Origin: an uncultured virus (IMG/VR IMGVR_UViG_3300010356_003090)
Lineage: Duplodnaviria > Heunggongvirae > Uroviricota > Caudoviricetes
IMG/VR virus record: IMGVR_UViG_3300010356_003090
Length of the DNA: 64,000 bases
Strand: one strand, 5' to 3'
The notes under the pieces were generated by a model. The model was not told the DNA's origin and ran no database searches. It worked only from the letters and a program-made list of their open reading frames with translations. This document shows, piece by piece, positions 49,227 through 57,812 of this stretch (position 1 is its first letter; each line of letters starts with the position of its first letter). Made by a program: the position numbers and the translations under genes.

Positions 49227-49574
49227 ATGATCGAAGACTTTGATACTTCCCAATTCAACGAGGCAACCAAGATCATCGCAAAGATCGCAAACGCTGGGAT
49301 CTGGTATCAACAGGGCGGTGCTTTCGAGATAGACGGCGAACCTGTTGCGCTTGCAAGCAAAAAACTTGCGGCATTTGTGCAGGTTGATCCGAACGCAACG
49401 GATGTCTTTAATCTTGCAATTGGCAAATTTAACCGAACAGACGGCAATTTTGCCCTACTCAAACTGCTCACGCTACGCGGTGAAGTGTTGATCGAGTATG
49501 CCCTACCCCTTGTGACGATCAAAGTACACGATGACGACGGAGACGATGACGACGGAGAATTTGACGATGACTAA
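49227..49574 (+). CDS. Hypothetical protein with acidic tail
   Basis: Operonic ORF. Confidence 0.65.
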   Translation: MIEDFDTSQFNEATKIIAKIANAGIWYQQGGAFEIDGEPVALASKKLAAFVQVDPNATDVFNLAIGKFNRTDGNFALLKLLTLRGEVLIEYALPLVTIKVHDDDGDDDDGEFDDD

Positions 49575-50604
49575 GCAGATCCAGCAATCAACCTACGAAG
49601 GCCATTTCTCAACAGAAGAAGCAAAAAAATTGCTTGAACAACCCGCGCTCCCCTACAAGATCCAGCAGATTGAATGGGATCAGATTGTACGCTATGCACC
49701 GTTCTTGCAGAATCGCGAAGACCTACGCGAAAAAGCCGAAAGCGGCGTTGACGTGTGGGACTATGTGGAGCGTGGAAGCCTGTACCCAATCCTCCGCAAA
49801 AACAAAGGACTTGCGGCGATATGGCTACCAAGTCCCGCCCTTGATGGTTCGTTTGAATGGCGTCACGTTTATGCACGAAAAATGGCCGTGAATGAATTTT
49901 TCAATTTGATCCAGCCTACGGGCTTTTTGAGTGCTGCACTTGCAGATCACGAAGAAATTTGGATCTTCACCCAACGCGAACCCTCCCCCGTGCGTTGGCA
50001 AGAATTCTTTTTGCATGATCGGGCAATTTTGCCGTTGGTTTCGCATAGTCCAAGCGATACAGCCTACAGAATTCACCTTTCACCCAAAGCCTATCTTGCT
50101 TGGCTCTTGACGCTACCGACGATCAAGATGCACCCAGAAGAACTCGACGCTATGCCCGAAACAACGGACGGAAAGTCTCGTTTAGTGACCAATTCTATCT
50201 TTCAAGAAAAGCAACGCTTTGATCCGTGGTGGCGTTGGAACATCGGCAAAGCAACCCCACAACTCGGCTCACAATGGCTTGTTGCTCGGTTTAGCGGTGG
50301 AGTACAGCATAGCGTAACATGGATGCGCTTTATCCCCGAAGGCTTCGACGTTGACGCATTGATCTTTGATCACGGAAACCGCGTAGGCGTAGATCCTCGC
50401 TTTACGCAACAATTCCCCCCAAAAAATGCCGATGTCGAATACGGGAAACAAGAACTCCTCGCGCTAAGCGGCCCCGAAGATGATCCGCCAACGCCGCCCC
50501 AAAAGCCCAAGAAGTCCAAGAAGCCCAAGCCGCAAGAAAGCGCAAGAGCGTTCGATCCCTCCGACGCAATAGACGCCGAATTCACCGAAGGGGACAAACC
50601 ATGA
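49567..50604 (+). CDS. Hypothetical protein
   Basis: RBS GGAG; overlaps both neighbours. Confidence 0.7.
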   Translation: MTKQIQQSTYEGHFSTEEAKKLLEQPALPYKIQQIEWDQIVRYAPFLQNREDLREKAESGVDVWDYVERGSLYPILRKNKGLAAIWLPSPALDGSFEWRHVYARKMAVNEFFNLIQPTGFLSAALADHEEIWIFTQREPSPVRWQEFFLHDRAILPLVSHSPSDTAYRIHLSPKAYLAWLLTLPTIKMHPEELDAMPETTDGKSRLVTNSIFQEKQRFDPWWRWNIGKATPQLGSQWLVARFSGGVQHSVTWMRFIPEGFDVDALIFDHGNRVGVDPRFTQQFPPKNADVEYGKQELLALSGPEDDPPTPPQKPKKSKKPKPQESARAFDPSDAIDAEFTEGDKP

Positions 50605-51065
50605 AGCACCGAAGGGAAGATCTCGAACCCTATCTAAACAAAAGCAATTTTCCCTTGTCTGAAAAGGCAATTGCACAAATACGATCCAAGTATCCCTTTG
50701 CTTCGCGATCAAGAGTGGTTTCGCTCCTGATCAAGCAAGGCTTGGACTCTGCACTTGCAAACACCGACCGTTTGCAATACGACGCAAGCACCGACCGCTT
50801 GCAATGTGACACAAGCGCCGCTCCCGCCGAAGGGAAATCAAAAAACATCTCTTTTCGTCCCGATCAAAATGGTGTCACGTTCGAGATGATCGAGGAAATC
50901 TTTGCAAAACATCCCTATCTATGGGGAATTAAAGTCTCTAAATTCTATCGGTTGTTTTTGTTTCGTGCGGTTGACCAACTTTTCACAGAAGACGCGACGG
51001 CTACCGCAAGCGTAAGCGAAGAGACCCCCCCCTCCCTTTCTCCGTTGACAGGTCAAGACGATTGA
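50601..51065 (+). CDS. Putative ribbon-helix-helix-like DNA-binding protein (two repeats)
   Basis: SNFPL...SRSRVVSLLIKQGL and KNISF...VSKFYRLFLFRAV; ATGA-coupled. Confidence 0.5.
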   Translation: MKHRREDLEPYLNKSNFPLSEKAIAQIRSKYPFASRSRVVSLLIKQGLDSALANTDRLQYDASTDRLQCDTSAAPAEGKSKNISFRPDQNGVTFEMIEEIFAKHPYLWGIKVSKFYRLFLFRAVDQLFTEDATATASVSEETPPSLSPLTGQDD

Positions 51066-51286
51066 TCTTTTTGTCAGAACCCACCGCGCCGCCACGTTAT
51101 ACCTTTATGCCTCAGAGAAACAAAGCGACGGCATGACAAATAAATGATGCCTATCAAGGAGATATAAAATACTTCTTGCGCTTTGTATTCGTTTCGTATA
51201 AGAAAGAAACCACGTTGCAAGCAACGCACCAGAACAACCGCCGCAAAAAGCGGCAAACCCGCGCAACACGCGCAACGGAGTCTCCC

Positions 51287-52117
51287 ATGAAATTGATGAA
51301 ATTGATCAACGCAACCCAACATGACCAAACCTCTTCCCCTTGGAGCGATCTTGGTGTCTCTTTCCATGATCCCGCGTTCTGTCCCTACACAGCCTTTTCC
51401 CCCCAACAGCCCACCCGCGCTCAAGTGGTGAGCGCGTGGCGCTCTCTCCTCGCTCGCTTTGATCGTGTTCTCGCGCTCGGTGAGCGCGTGGATGGCTTTT
51501 TGTTGGGGGGCTATGCCCCCGCTGTGATCGGCCTGTACCAATTCCTTTCGCAGTTTCGCCAAACGTCGTTCGTCGCGGTGATGGGGCCAGCCCCCATCGT
51601 GGACGGACAACGCCGTGGATTCGTGCTGCAAGGCTTGCGTCAAATCCCAACTCCTCGCTCCCTTCGCGCCGAAGTGGTGCGCGAAGGCGCAATCCTCCCA
51701 CCCGAACAAGACGATCTTGACGTTCCCACCACACACTCTGCTTTTGTGCTTCCCACCATCACCCCCCAACAGATGAAAGCGGATCGTCTGATCCATGTGA
51801 GCGCACGACCGCTCACAGACGCACGACGCGCTGAGATCTCCACCGTTTCCCCCTATACCCTGATCGCATCCACCCCCGCGCTTCCCCCGCCCGCTGGACA
51901 CGATATGGGCGACTTCCTTGAAGCCATCGAAGATATCGCCCGCCAAGCCGCAACCGAAAAGTGCGGCATCCTGCTCGACGGCCCCCCCGCCGAAACGCTC
52001 TTGCACCTGTACGCGCAACTGGGGCATCAACACCCCTTCTTTTTTGCAAAAACCGAGGTTGTGGAAGCGGGCAAACCCGCGCAGATCGTAGCGGTTGAAA
52101 AAGTACCTCGCTTCTAA
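51287..52117 (+). CDS. Two-domain protein resembling Csx15/Csx20-type ring nucleases
   Basis: Domain 1: LINATQH...F...PT...FLLGG...F.LQGLR. Domain 2: LIHVSARPLT...ILLDG. RBS GGAG. Confidence 0.5.
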   Translation: MKLMKLINATQHDQTSSPWSDLGVSFHDPAFCPYTAFSPQQPTRAQVVSAWRSLLARFDRVLALGERVDGFLLGGYAPAVIGLYQFLSQFRQTSFVAVMGPAPIVDGQRRGFVLQGLRQIPTPRSLRAEVVREGAILPPEQDDLDVPTTHSAFVLPTITPQQMKADRLIHVSARPLTDARRAEISTVSPYTLIASTPALPPPAGHDMGDFLEAIEDIARQAATEKCGILLDGPPAETLLHLYAQLGHQHPFFFAKTEVVEAGKPAQIVAVEKVPRF

Positions 52118-52175
52118 GCCCCCCCCCTTGACTCCCTCTCAAGCCCCCCCTACAATCACCCCATCATACATAGTG

Positions 52176-52212
52176 AAAAAGCCCGTTGTACTGGCATTAC
52201 AACGGGCTTTTT
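52176..52212. terminator. Bidirectional intrinsic terminator
   Basis: AAAAAGCCCGTTGTA-ctggcat-TACAACGGGCTTTTT. Confidence 0.9.
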
Positions 52213-52246
52213 TTATGCCTCTTCCCCCTCCCCTTCCCCCTCCCAT

Positions 52247-53056
52247 TTAATCAGCGAAATCAAACGAACGGATCAAGAGATCGGTGGGCATCGTTGCCCA
52301 AAGATCGCCAAGCCGTGCGCCGCGCTCCATCGCGGGCGAAAAGTCCAACAAGGACAGGTCAAAGATCTCGTTGTAGCCGTCCTTGTTTTTGTAGCTCAGA
52401 AAGCACTTTGCGCCTTGCTCATAAAGCGAGGAAAGCACCGTGGGATGCGCCGTTGTGACAAAAATCTGCTTGCCCAAGCGTTCGGATGGATCGGCTTCCC
52501 ACGCGGCGATGTTTTCACCGATTCCCTCGATCTTCCACGGCGGCAGGCGCTGCTCTGGATACTGAATCTCAAAGGCAAGATCTCGCTGATCCTTTCGGAT
52601 GATAGCGCCCTTTGAGATGGATAGCGTTTCGCCTTCTTTCGTCGGGATGATCGAAAGATAGGGAGTGGTGGAGATAGAAAGCGGGCTTGCGAGAGACCAT
52701 AAAGCATCGAAGGGATCGTCATTGCACGTCACCACAAAGCGACTTCCAATGGGGCGGCTTCGCTCAAAGTCGAACGCAAGCGACTCCCCAAGAATACGCG
52801 CCCCACCGCAAAACATCGGTTGAAAAATTTGCGATTCAAACCCCGAAGCGAGCGCCGCTTGCACGTTTTCTGCTTGGGACAAAAACGAGAGATTGCGTCG
52901 TAGGTGATAACTCGCTTGTCGCAAGCAATACAAAAAGCCGATAACGGCGGAGGGTTCGACGTTTCCATCTCCAACAAATACGTTGATCTTGTCAAGCGAG
53001 ATCGCCGATGCTCGGAATCCCGCGAAGTGATCAAACCACAATTCTTGCACTACCAT
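52247..53056 (-). CDS. Degenerate ABC/AAA_21-type ATPase
   Basis: FAGF...INVFVGDGNVEPS (Walker A position, no GKS), QIFVTTAHP (H-loop position), LGDLW ending; RBS AGGAG. Confidence 0.6.
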   Translation of the reverse strand: MVVQELWFDHFAGFRASAISLDKINVFVGDGNVEPSAVIGFLYCLRQASYHLRRNLSFLSQAENVQAALASGFESQIFQPMFCGGARILGESLAFDFERSRPIGSRFVVTCNDDPFDALWSLASPLSISTTPYLSIIPTKEGETLSISKGAIIRKDQRDLAFEIQYPEQRLPPWKIEGIGENIAAWEADPSERLGKQIFVTTAHPTVLSSLYEQGAKCFLSYKNKDGYNEIFDLSLLDFSPAMERGARLGDLWATMPTDLLIRSFDFAD

Positions 53057-53181
53057 CTTTCTTGCTCCTCTTTGTGTTGTTGCAGATGCTGCAAGCGTTG
53101 CACTTGCCCGCAGCATCGAACAAAAAGAATACAAAACGCTTACAAAAAGAGCAAGAGAAAAGTACAGCGAAAGAATAGATT

Positions 53182-53604
53182 TTAATTGTTGTTGTGTTGC
53201 GTGGTGGGTGTGGGCAGGACAAGCGGCGTATGATCGGAAGACTGGACGGGCTGGACTTGCTGTAATTGCGCCTCCACAAAGCCTTGATTCTTCGCGGCTT
53301 GCGTGGCGGTGTGGAGATTCTTTGCGTATTCGTGCGTTGTCAACTTGGGGCGCAACAGATCAAACCCCTTGCCGATCCCATTCAACAAGGGGCAAAACAT
53401 CTGTTCTGGTGCTTGATCTGGATCAACACCCGTGCGCCGTCCTTTCCAGTCCTTTGCCATAGGGTGAGGGTGATTGCAGCGAAAAGATATGTGCAGCCCG
53501 ACCTTTTCAACAAAGATCGGCTCCGCATCGGAACAGAAATTACAGTCTCCGCAGCGTTTCGGGATTGATTCAGGGTGTCGATTTGTTAAAATTCCAAAGG
53601 CCAT
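53182..53604 (-). CDS. Cys-rich hypothetical protein
   Basis: CGDCNFC...C...FCPL; RBS GAGGAG. Confidence 0.65.
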   Translation of the reverse strand: MAFGILTNRHPESIPKRCGDCNFCSDAEPIFVEKVGLHISFRCNHPHPMAKDWKGRRTGVDPDQAPEQMFCPLLNGIGKGFDLLRPKLTTHEYAKNLHTATQAAKNQGFVEAQLQQVQPVQSSDHTPLVLPTPTTQHNNN

Positions 53605-53636
53605 TTCTCTAACTCCTCAAAAAAAAAGGATAAACA

Positions 53637-54071
53637 ATGCACCAAGCGCAACATAACCCACACCACGCGAACAATCAAGACTTTTGGGGACAAGTGTACT
53701 CGTATCTCTTTCACCATCCACCGCGCACCGTGATCCGCTTTTATGCACCGTATCACCCGCAATTCGAAGGCGCGGTCAAGTCTACGGGCTTGAATGTGGG
53801 ACAACTGAGCGACTGGAGGTTCCCCCCCGATGTTTTCAAGCGCGGCTTGCACGTTCAACAATTTTCCGATGGATCGTGGGCTGCGCACATCGACAAGATC
53901 CACCCCGAAATCTCGCTGATCGGACACCTGCGCGAAGACGCCCCGCAAGTGTACAAAGCCTTGACCACAGGAGCAGGAGCCTTATTGAGCAAAGCCCTTG
54001 GGGGGTCATCCGTTGCGGGGGCCGTGGCGGGATGGATCATCGGTGCGTTCACCCAAGGGGACGGAAAATGA
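53637..54071 (+). CDS. Hypothetical membrane-associated protein
   Basis: GLHV...HID..HP...GHL..DAP followed by a Gly-rich hydrophobic tail. Confidence 0.7.
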   Translation: MHQAQHNPHHANNQDFWGQVYSYLFHHPPRTVIRFYAPYHPQFEGAVKSTGLNVGQLSDWRFPPDVFKRGLHVQQFSDGSWAAHIDKIHPEISLIGHLREDAPQVYKALTTGAGALLSKALGGSSVAGAVAGWIIGAFTQGDGK

Positions 54072-55093
54072 TCAAGCACCCTCAAACTTTGCAAACCAAT
54101 CTACCCCGATCCCTCCCACCAACAACCATCACAGAAAAGATGCGATCTGTCGAAGCTGTCGAAGAATTGTGGAAGCACTTTTTGCAAGAGCGCAAGCCCA
54201 CAACGCAACAAACCTACACAAAGTCCTTTGAAAAATTGCGTCAACATCTTGGCAAAGCAAGCATTTCCGAAACGTTGCAGCATCTCGCATCGCTGGACGC
54301 CGCAAACGCGAATCTGCTTGCGCTTGAATGGAAAAACGCCCTTGATAGCGCAAACCACGCACCCGCAACCGTCAACCTCCATCTTTCAACCCTCAAGAGC
54401 GCCGTTCGATTCTTGCGGATGATCGGGGCTGTCTCGTGGACGATAGAGATCCGCAACAAGAAAGCGGAAACCTATCGCGACACACGCGGGCCTTCTCTCG
54501 ACACGATCAAGCAAGCCATCGCGTACCTACGAAGCCCACAAGCCAGCAAGATCGGGGAAGACTGGCAGATCATGCAGCTAGAAACTTTGGTTGTGCTTCT
54601 GTTTTCGCTTGGCTTGCGACGGGGCGAAGTGATCGCCTTGACGGTGGACGATATCGACAACGGAACAAGCGCGGTATGGATTACGGGGAAGGGCAGGGAT
54701 GCAAGGGAACGCTTGGACTTGCCGCCAAACGCACAGAAAGCCCTTTTGCGGTGGCTTTCTGAGAGAACGCGACTTCTCACCCTCACCCCACACCCCAACG
54801 CGCTCAAAAGCCTCTTCTTGAATCGCGACGGGCATCCTCTTAACGCCGCCGCGCTCTACCACCAGATCGCGCAGCTTGGCAAACAGATCGGCGCAACCCT
54901 ACGACCCCACGGGTTGAGACACGCAGCCATCACCCAAGCCTTTGAACGCGCCAAGACCGATCCCTCCGTTGGCTTGGCACAGATTCAACGCTTCTCAAGA
55001 CACGCAAAAGCCGATACGCTCTTGATATACAAAGACAATCACGACAATGAAGCGTTGCGCGTTGCCTCTTCGTTGGACAATCTGCTTGATTGA
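54068..55093 (+). CDS. Tyrosine recombinase (integrase/resolvase)
   Basis: APATVN, GLRRGE (R), GKG (K), HGLRH (HxxR), SRH (H), LLIY (Y); ATGA-coupled. Confidence 0.92.
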   Translation: MIKHPQTLQTNLPRSLPPTTITEKMRSVEAVEELWKHFLQERKPTTQQTYTKSFEKLRQHLGKASISETLQHLASLDAANANLLALEWKNALDSANHAPATVNLHLSTLKSAVRFLRMIGAVSWTIEIRNKKAETYRDTRGPSLDTIKQAIAYLRSPQASKIGEDWQIMQLETLVVLLFSLGLRRGEVIALTVDDIDNGTSAVWITGKGRDARERLDLPPNAQKALLRWLSERTRLLTLTPHPNALKSLFLNRDGHPLNAAALYHQIAQLGKQIGATLRPHGLRHAAITQAFERAKTDPSVGLAQIQRFSRHAKADTLLIYKDNHDNEALRVASSLDNLLD

Positions 55094-55104
55094 TTAAGAA
55101 TCGG

Positions 55105-55611
55105 CTAAGTGGTTGATAGTTTTGCCCCTATTCGTGTTTTTGACCCCGTAAAGCCTCCCTCCACCCCTCCTCGATGCGACAAGCCAACACCGCAAGCCTC
55201 CACGCAAGCTAAGTGGTTGATAGTTTTGCCCCTATTCGTGTTTTTGACCCCGTAAAGCACGCACCCACCCCTCCTCGATGCGACAAGCCAACACCGCAAG
55301 CCTCCACGCAAGCTAAGTGGTTGATAGTTTTGCCCCTATTCGTGTTTTTGACCCCGTAAAGCCTCCCTCCACCCCTCCTCGATGCGACAAGCCAACACCG
55401 CAAGCCTCCACGCAAGCTAAGTGGTTGATAGTTTTGCCCCTATTCGTGTTTTTGACCCCGTAAAGCACGCACCCACCCCTCCTCGATGCGACAAGCCAAC
55501 ACCGCAAGCCTCCACGCAAGCTAAGTGGTTGATAGTTTTGCCCCTATTCGTGTTTTTGACCCCGTAAAGCACGCACCCACAAGCCCGAATTCTGCAAGCC
55601 AACACCGCAAG
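55105..55611 (+). repeat. 104-bp tandem repeat array, 4 full copies plus 1 degenerate
   Basis: Units start at 55105, 55209, 55313, 55417 and 55521; variants A (CCTCCCTCC) and B (CACGCACCC) occur in order A-B-A-B-B'. Confidence 0.97.
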
Positions 55612-55826
55612 ACACCAAACAGATCGACTCGTCACAGATCGCTTAAGTGGTTGATAGATATGGTTTATACTCGAAAACGCTTTGTTGTGAGTGTGCAAAT
55701 GGCCTTCTCTTGGGAGTAACAGGGGGGCTGTATGCCCTTGCTCCGTCTCTTCACGAATAGATGACTCAAAAAGGCAAAAAAACAATGTATAACAAACACT
55801 TACAAGATGCGAAATTTCCGAGTAGA

Positions 55827-56003
55827 AAGAATAGGGCATCCCCCCGCTTCGCTTTTCATTCAAATGTTCAGTATGCACGAAAACAACCGAAAAAACGATA
55901 TAAGTATTTGATTTTATTGATGTTTTTGCTTTCTACTGAATAGATGATTATTACTGTACAAAAGAAATTAGAAATTTACTTTCTAAGGGGATGCCCTATT
56001 CTT
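55827..56003. repeat. 17-bp perfect inverted repeat flanking an AT-rich spacer (candidate origin or recombination site)
   Basis: AAGAATAGGGCATCCCC (55827-55843) and GGGGATGCCCTATTCTT (55987-56003). Confidence 0.85.
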
Positions 56004-56272
56004 CTACGATGATTATTAAGTACCTGAAAAGATAGATGCTTTTTGAATAGGGAAGTGTTTTATATTCGATCTACTCTTTTTATATCAAGCACTTAGCTTG
56101 TCTATGAAAGAAAAGGCCGATGCAAGGGGCTTGTTGAATCTCTGGCAGGATGCCCCTTTTTTTTTGTTGGCTTTCTTGTCAAATCTCGTTATGTTTGCCT
56201 CTTCTTGGCAAACCTGCTTTGTCACCCATAGCCCCAAACGGAGATATCCAATGCCTCCAACGGAGATATCCA

Positions 56273-56443
56273 ATGCCTCCAACGGAAGAACAGAAGCAGA
56301 TCACAGAGAAGATTGCCCGCTTGGAAGAGGAGATCGTCCGCTTGCAATGGAAACGCGATAGAGACGCCCATCTGGAGGTTGTCAGCTTGAAGGAAGCGAT
56401 CGCCCGCTTGCAGGAACGATTGTCAGCTTTGTCGCTTCCATAA
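56273..56443 (+). CDS. 56-aa coiled-coil protein
   Basis: RBS GGAG; starts MPPTEEQKQI, identical to the next gene; a 22-bp tandem duplication spans the RBS and ATG. Confidence 0.6.
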   Translation: MPPTEEQKQITEKIARLEEEIVRLQWKRDRDAHLEVVSLKEAIARLQERLSALSLP

Positions 56444-56481
56444 CCCACTTTGTCACCCGCAACCCCAAACGGAGATATCCA

Positions 56482-57207
56482 ATGCCTCCAACAGAAGAAC
56501 AGAAGCAGATCCCCGAAGAGATCCAAGACGATCCGCGCTTTTTTGTGGATCGGGTCGCTGTACTGTCCATCCCCTCCGAATCTACACAGCAAGTCTCTTC
56601 TTCGCCTGTCATCCCAAGCCCGCTCGCAAGCGACCAACTCGGAGAGATTGCCCGCTTGACCGAAGAGATTGCCCGCTTGACCGAAGAGCGCCAACAGGAA
56701 CAACAAGGCAAGACCCCCCTAGAACATTGCATCGAACATTGCATCGATCAACGTACAAAGGAGATTACCCGCTTGATCGATGCGGGCCAACAAAGCAAGA
56801 CCGCAACAGAGCAAGAATTGTTGCGCGAATTAGACGCCGAAGTGAGAGCGCGTTTTGTTGTGTTGGGGGACAAGCTGCTTGTGCGCCTTGTGCAAGAAGA
56901 CGCGCAAAAGTCCAAGGGTGGGATCTTTTTGGTGGACGAGAACGCGCAAACAGATCGCGCCGTTCTCGTTGGTGTGGGGACTGTCAGTTATCGCAATCAG
57001 TTCGCTGAGCCGATCCTATCGCGATTGATGCAGATCGCCGAATCGTCGGGAGTAAAGAAGCTAGATCGCGTTGAATTGCTACTGTCGAAGTCGCGCCAAG
57101 ACTCCCACGAGTACCGATACAAAGGGCAAACCTATCTCTTTGTGCCGTGTGTGTTTGCTTTGGCCGCTGATCCGTTTTATGTAGTAGAAGCCGAAGTATC
57201 GGAATAA
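56482..57207 (+). CDS. Coiled-coil plus GroES/Cpn10-like co-chaperonin fusion
   Basis: FVVLGDKLLVR...KSKGGIFL...AVLVGVG; EIARLTE repeats in the N-half. Confidence 0.7.
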   Translation: MPPTEEQKQIPEEIQDDPRFFVDRVAVLSIPSESTQQVSSSPVIPSPLASDQLGEIARLTEEIARLTEERQQEQQGKTPLEHCIEHCIDQRTKEITRLIDAGQQSKTATEQELLRELDAEVRARFVVLGDKLLVRLVQEDAQKSKGGIFLVDENAQTDRAVLVGVGTVSYRNQFAEPILSRLMQIAESSGVKKLDRVELLLSKSRQDSHEYRYKGQTYLFVPCVFALAADPFYVVEAEVSE

Positions 57208-57242
57208 TCCGAACAAATCAAGAAGAAATCGAAAGGGAAACG

Positions 57243-57758
57243 ATGAAAACACGAGTCCTCAATCTGCTGTCTGATGAAGATGCAAAAGCCCGTGTTGCGG
57301 GCAAAAGTTTCTTGTCGTATGGTGAACCCGAATGTTGGAAAAAGATCGCGCTCACCTGCTCGGAATCGGAGCAATGGAACGACGTTACAGAAGCCATGCA
57401 AGTCCCGCACGGCGTTGTTTTGCGAACGCGCACAACGCAAAAGAACGGTGACGGAACCTATCATTTAACCGATGCGATGGTGTTTCTGCCCGCGCTGCTG
57501 ATCGTACACAACGAACAGACGGGCTTGTTTACGCTTGTCATGGCACAAACAGGCCCATTTGTTGCGCCTCCACAAGCCGCCCAAGCGCAACCCTCCCCCG
57601 CTGGTGCGCCGAATCGTGAAGCGCCCAATTTTCCCAACGCACACGCAAACCCGATGGGTGTTAAACCCCAAGCCCCACCCCCACCCCCCGGCCCCATCTT
57701 TCCAAACGCAAGAAACATCACCATCACCGAAGACACCCCCGGCCACGTCCAAGGCTAA
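57243..57758 (+). CDS. Hypothetical phage protein with Pro-rich tail
   Basis: TEAMQVPHGVVLRT.TTQ...DAMVFLP. Confidence 0.7.
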   Translation: MKTRVLNLLSDEDAKARVAGKSFLSYGEPECWKKIALTCSESEQWNDVTEAMQVPHGVVLRTRTTQKNGDGTYHLTDAMVFLPALLIVHNEQTGLFTLVMAQTGPFVAPPQAAQAQPSPAGAPNREAPNFPNAHANPMGVKPQAPPPPPGPIFPNARNITITEDTPGHVQG

Positions 57759-57812
57759 CCCTCCCCCGTTCATCCTCCCCTTTTCGCTTTTTTGACCCCT
57801 TCCCGACCCCTT

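Noticed and set aside
53684..54067. N-terminal extension of the recombinase
   Set aside because: Overlaps the 53637 gene; ATGA coupling at 54068 marks the likely start.
55105..55611. CRISPR array
   Set aside because: Units are wholly repeated with no unique spacers, and no cas operon is present.
55105..55878. Repeated 68-aa minus-strand ORFs
   Set aside because: By-products of the 104-bp repeat, with no RBS or protein-like features.
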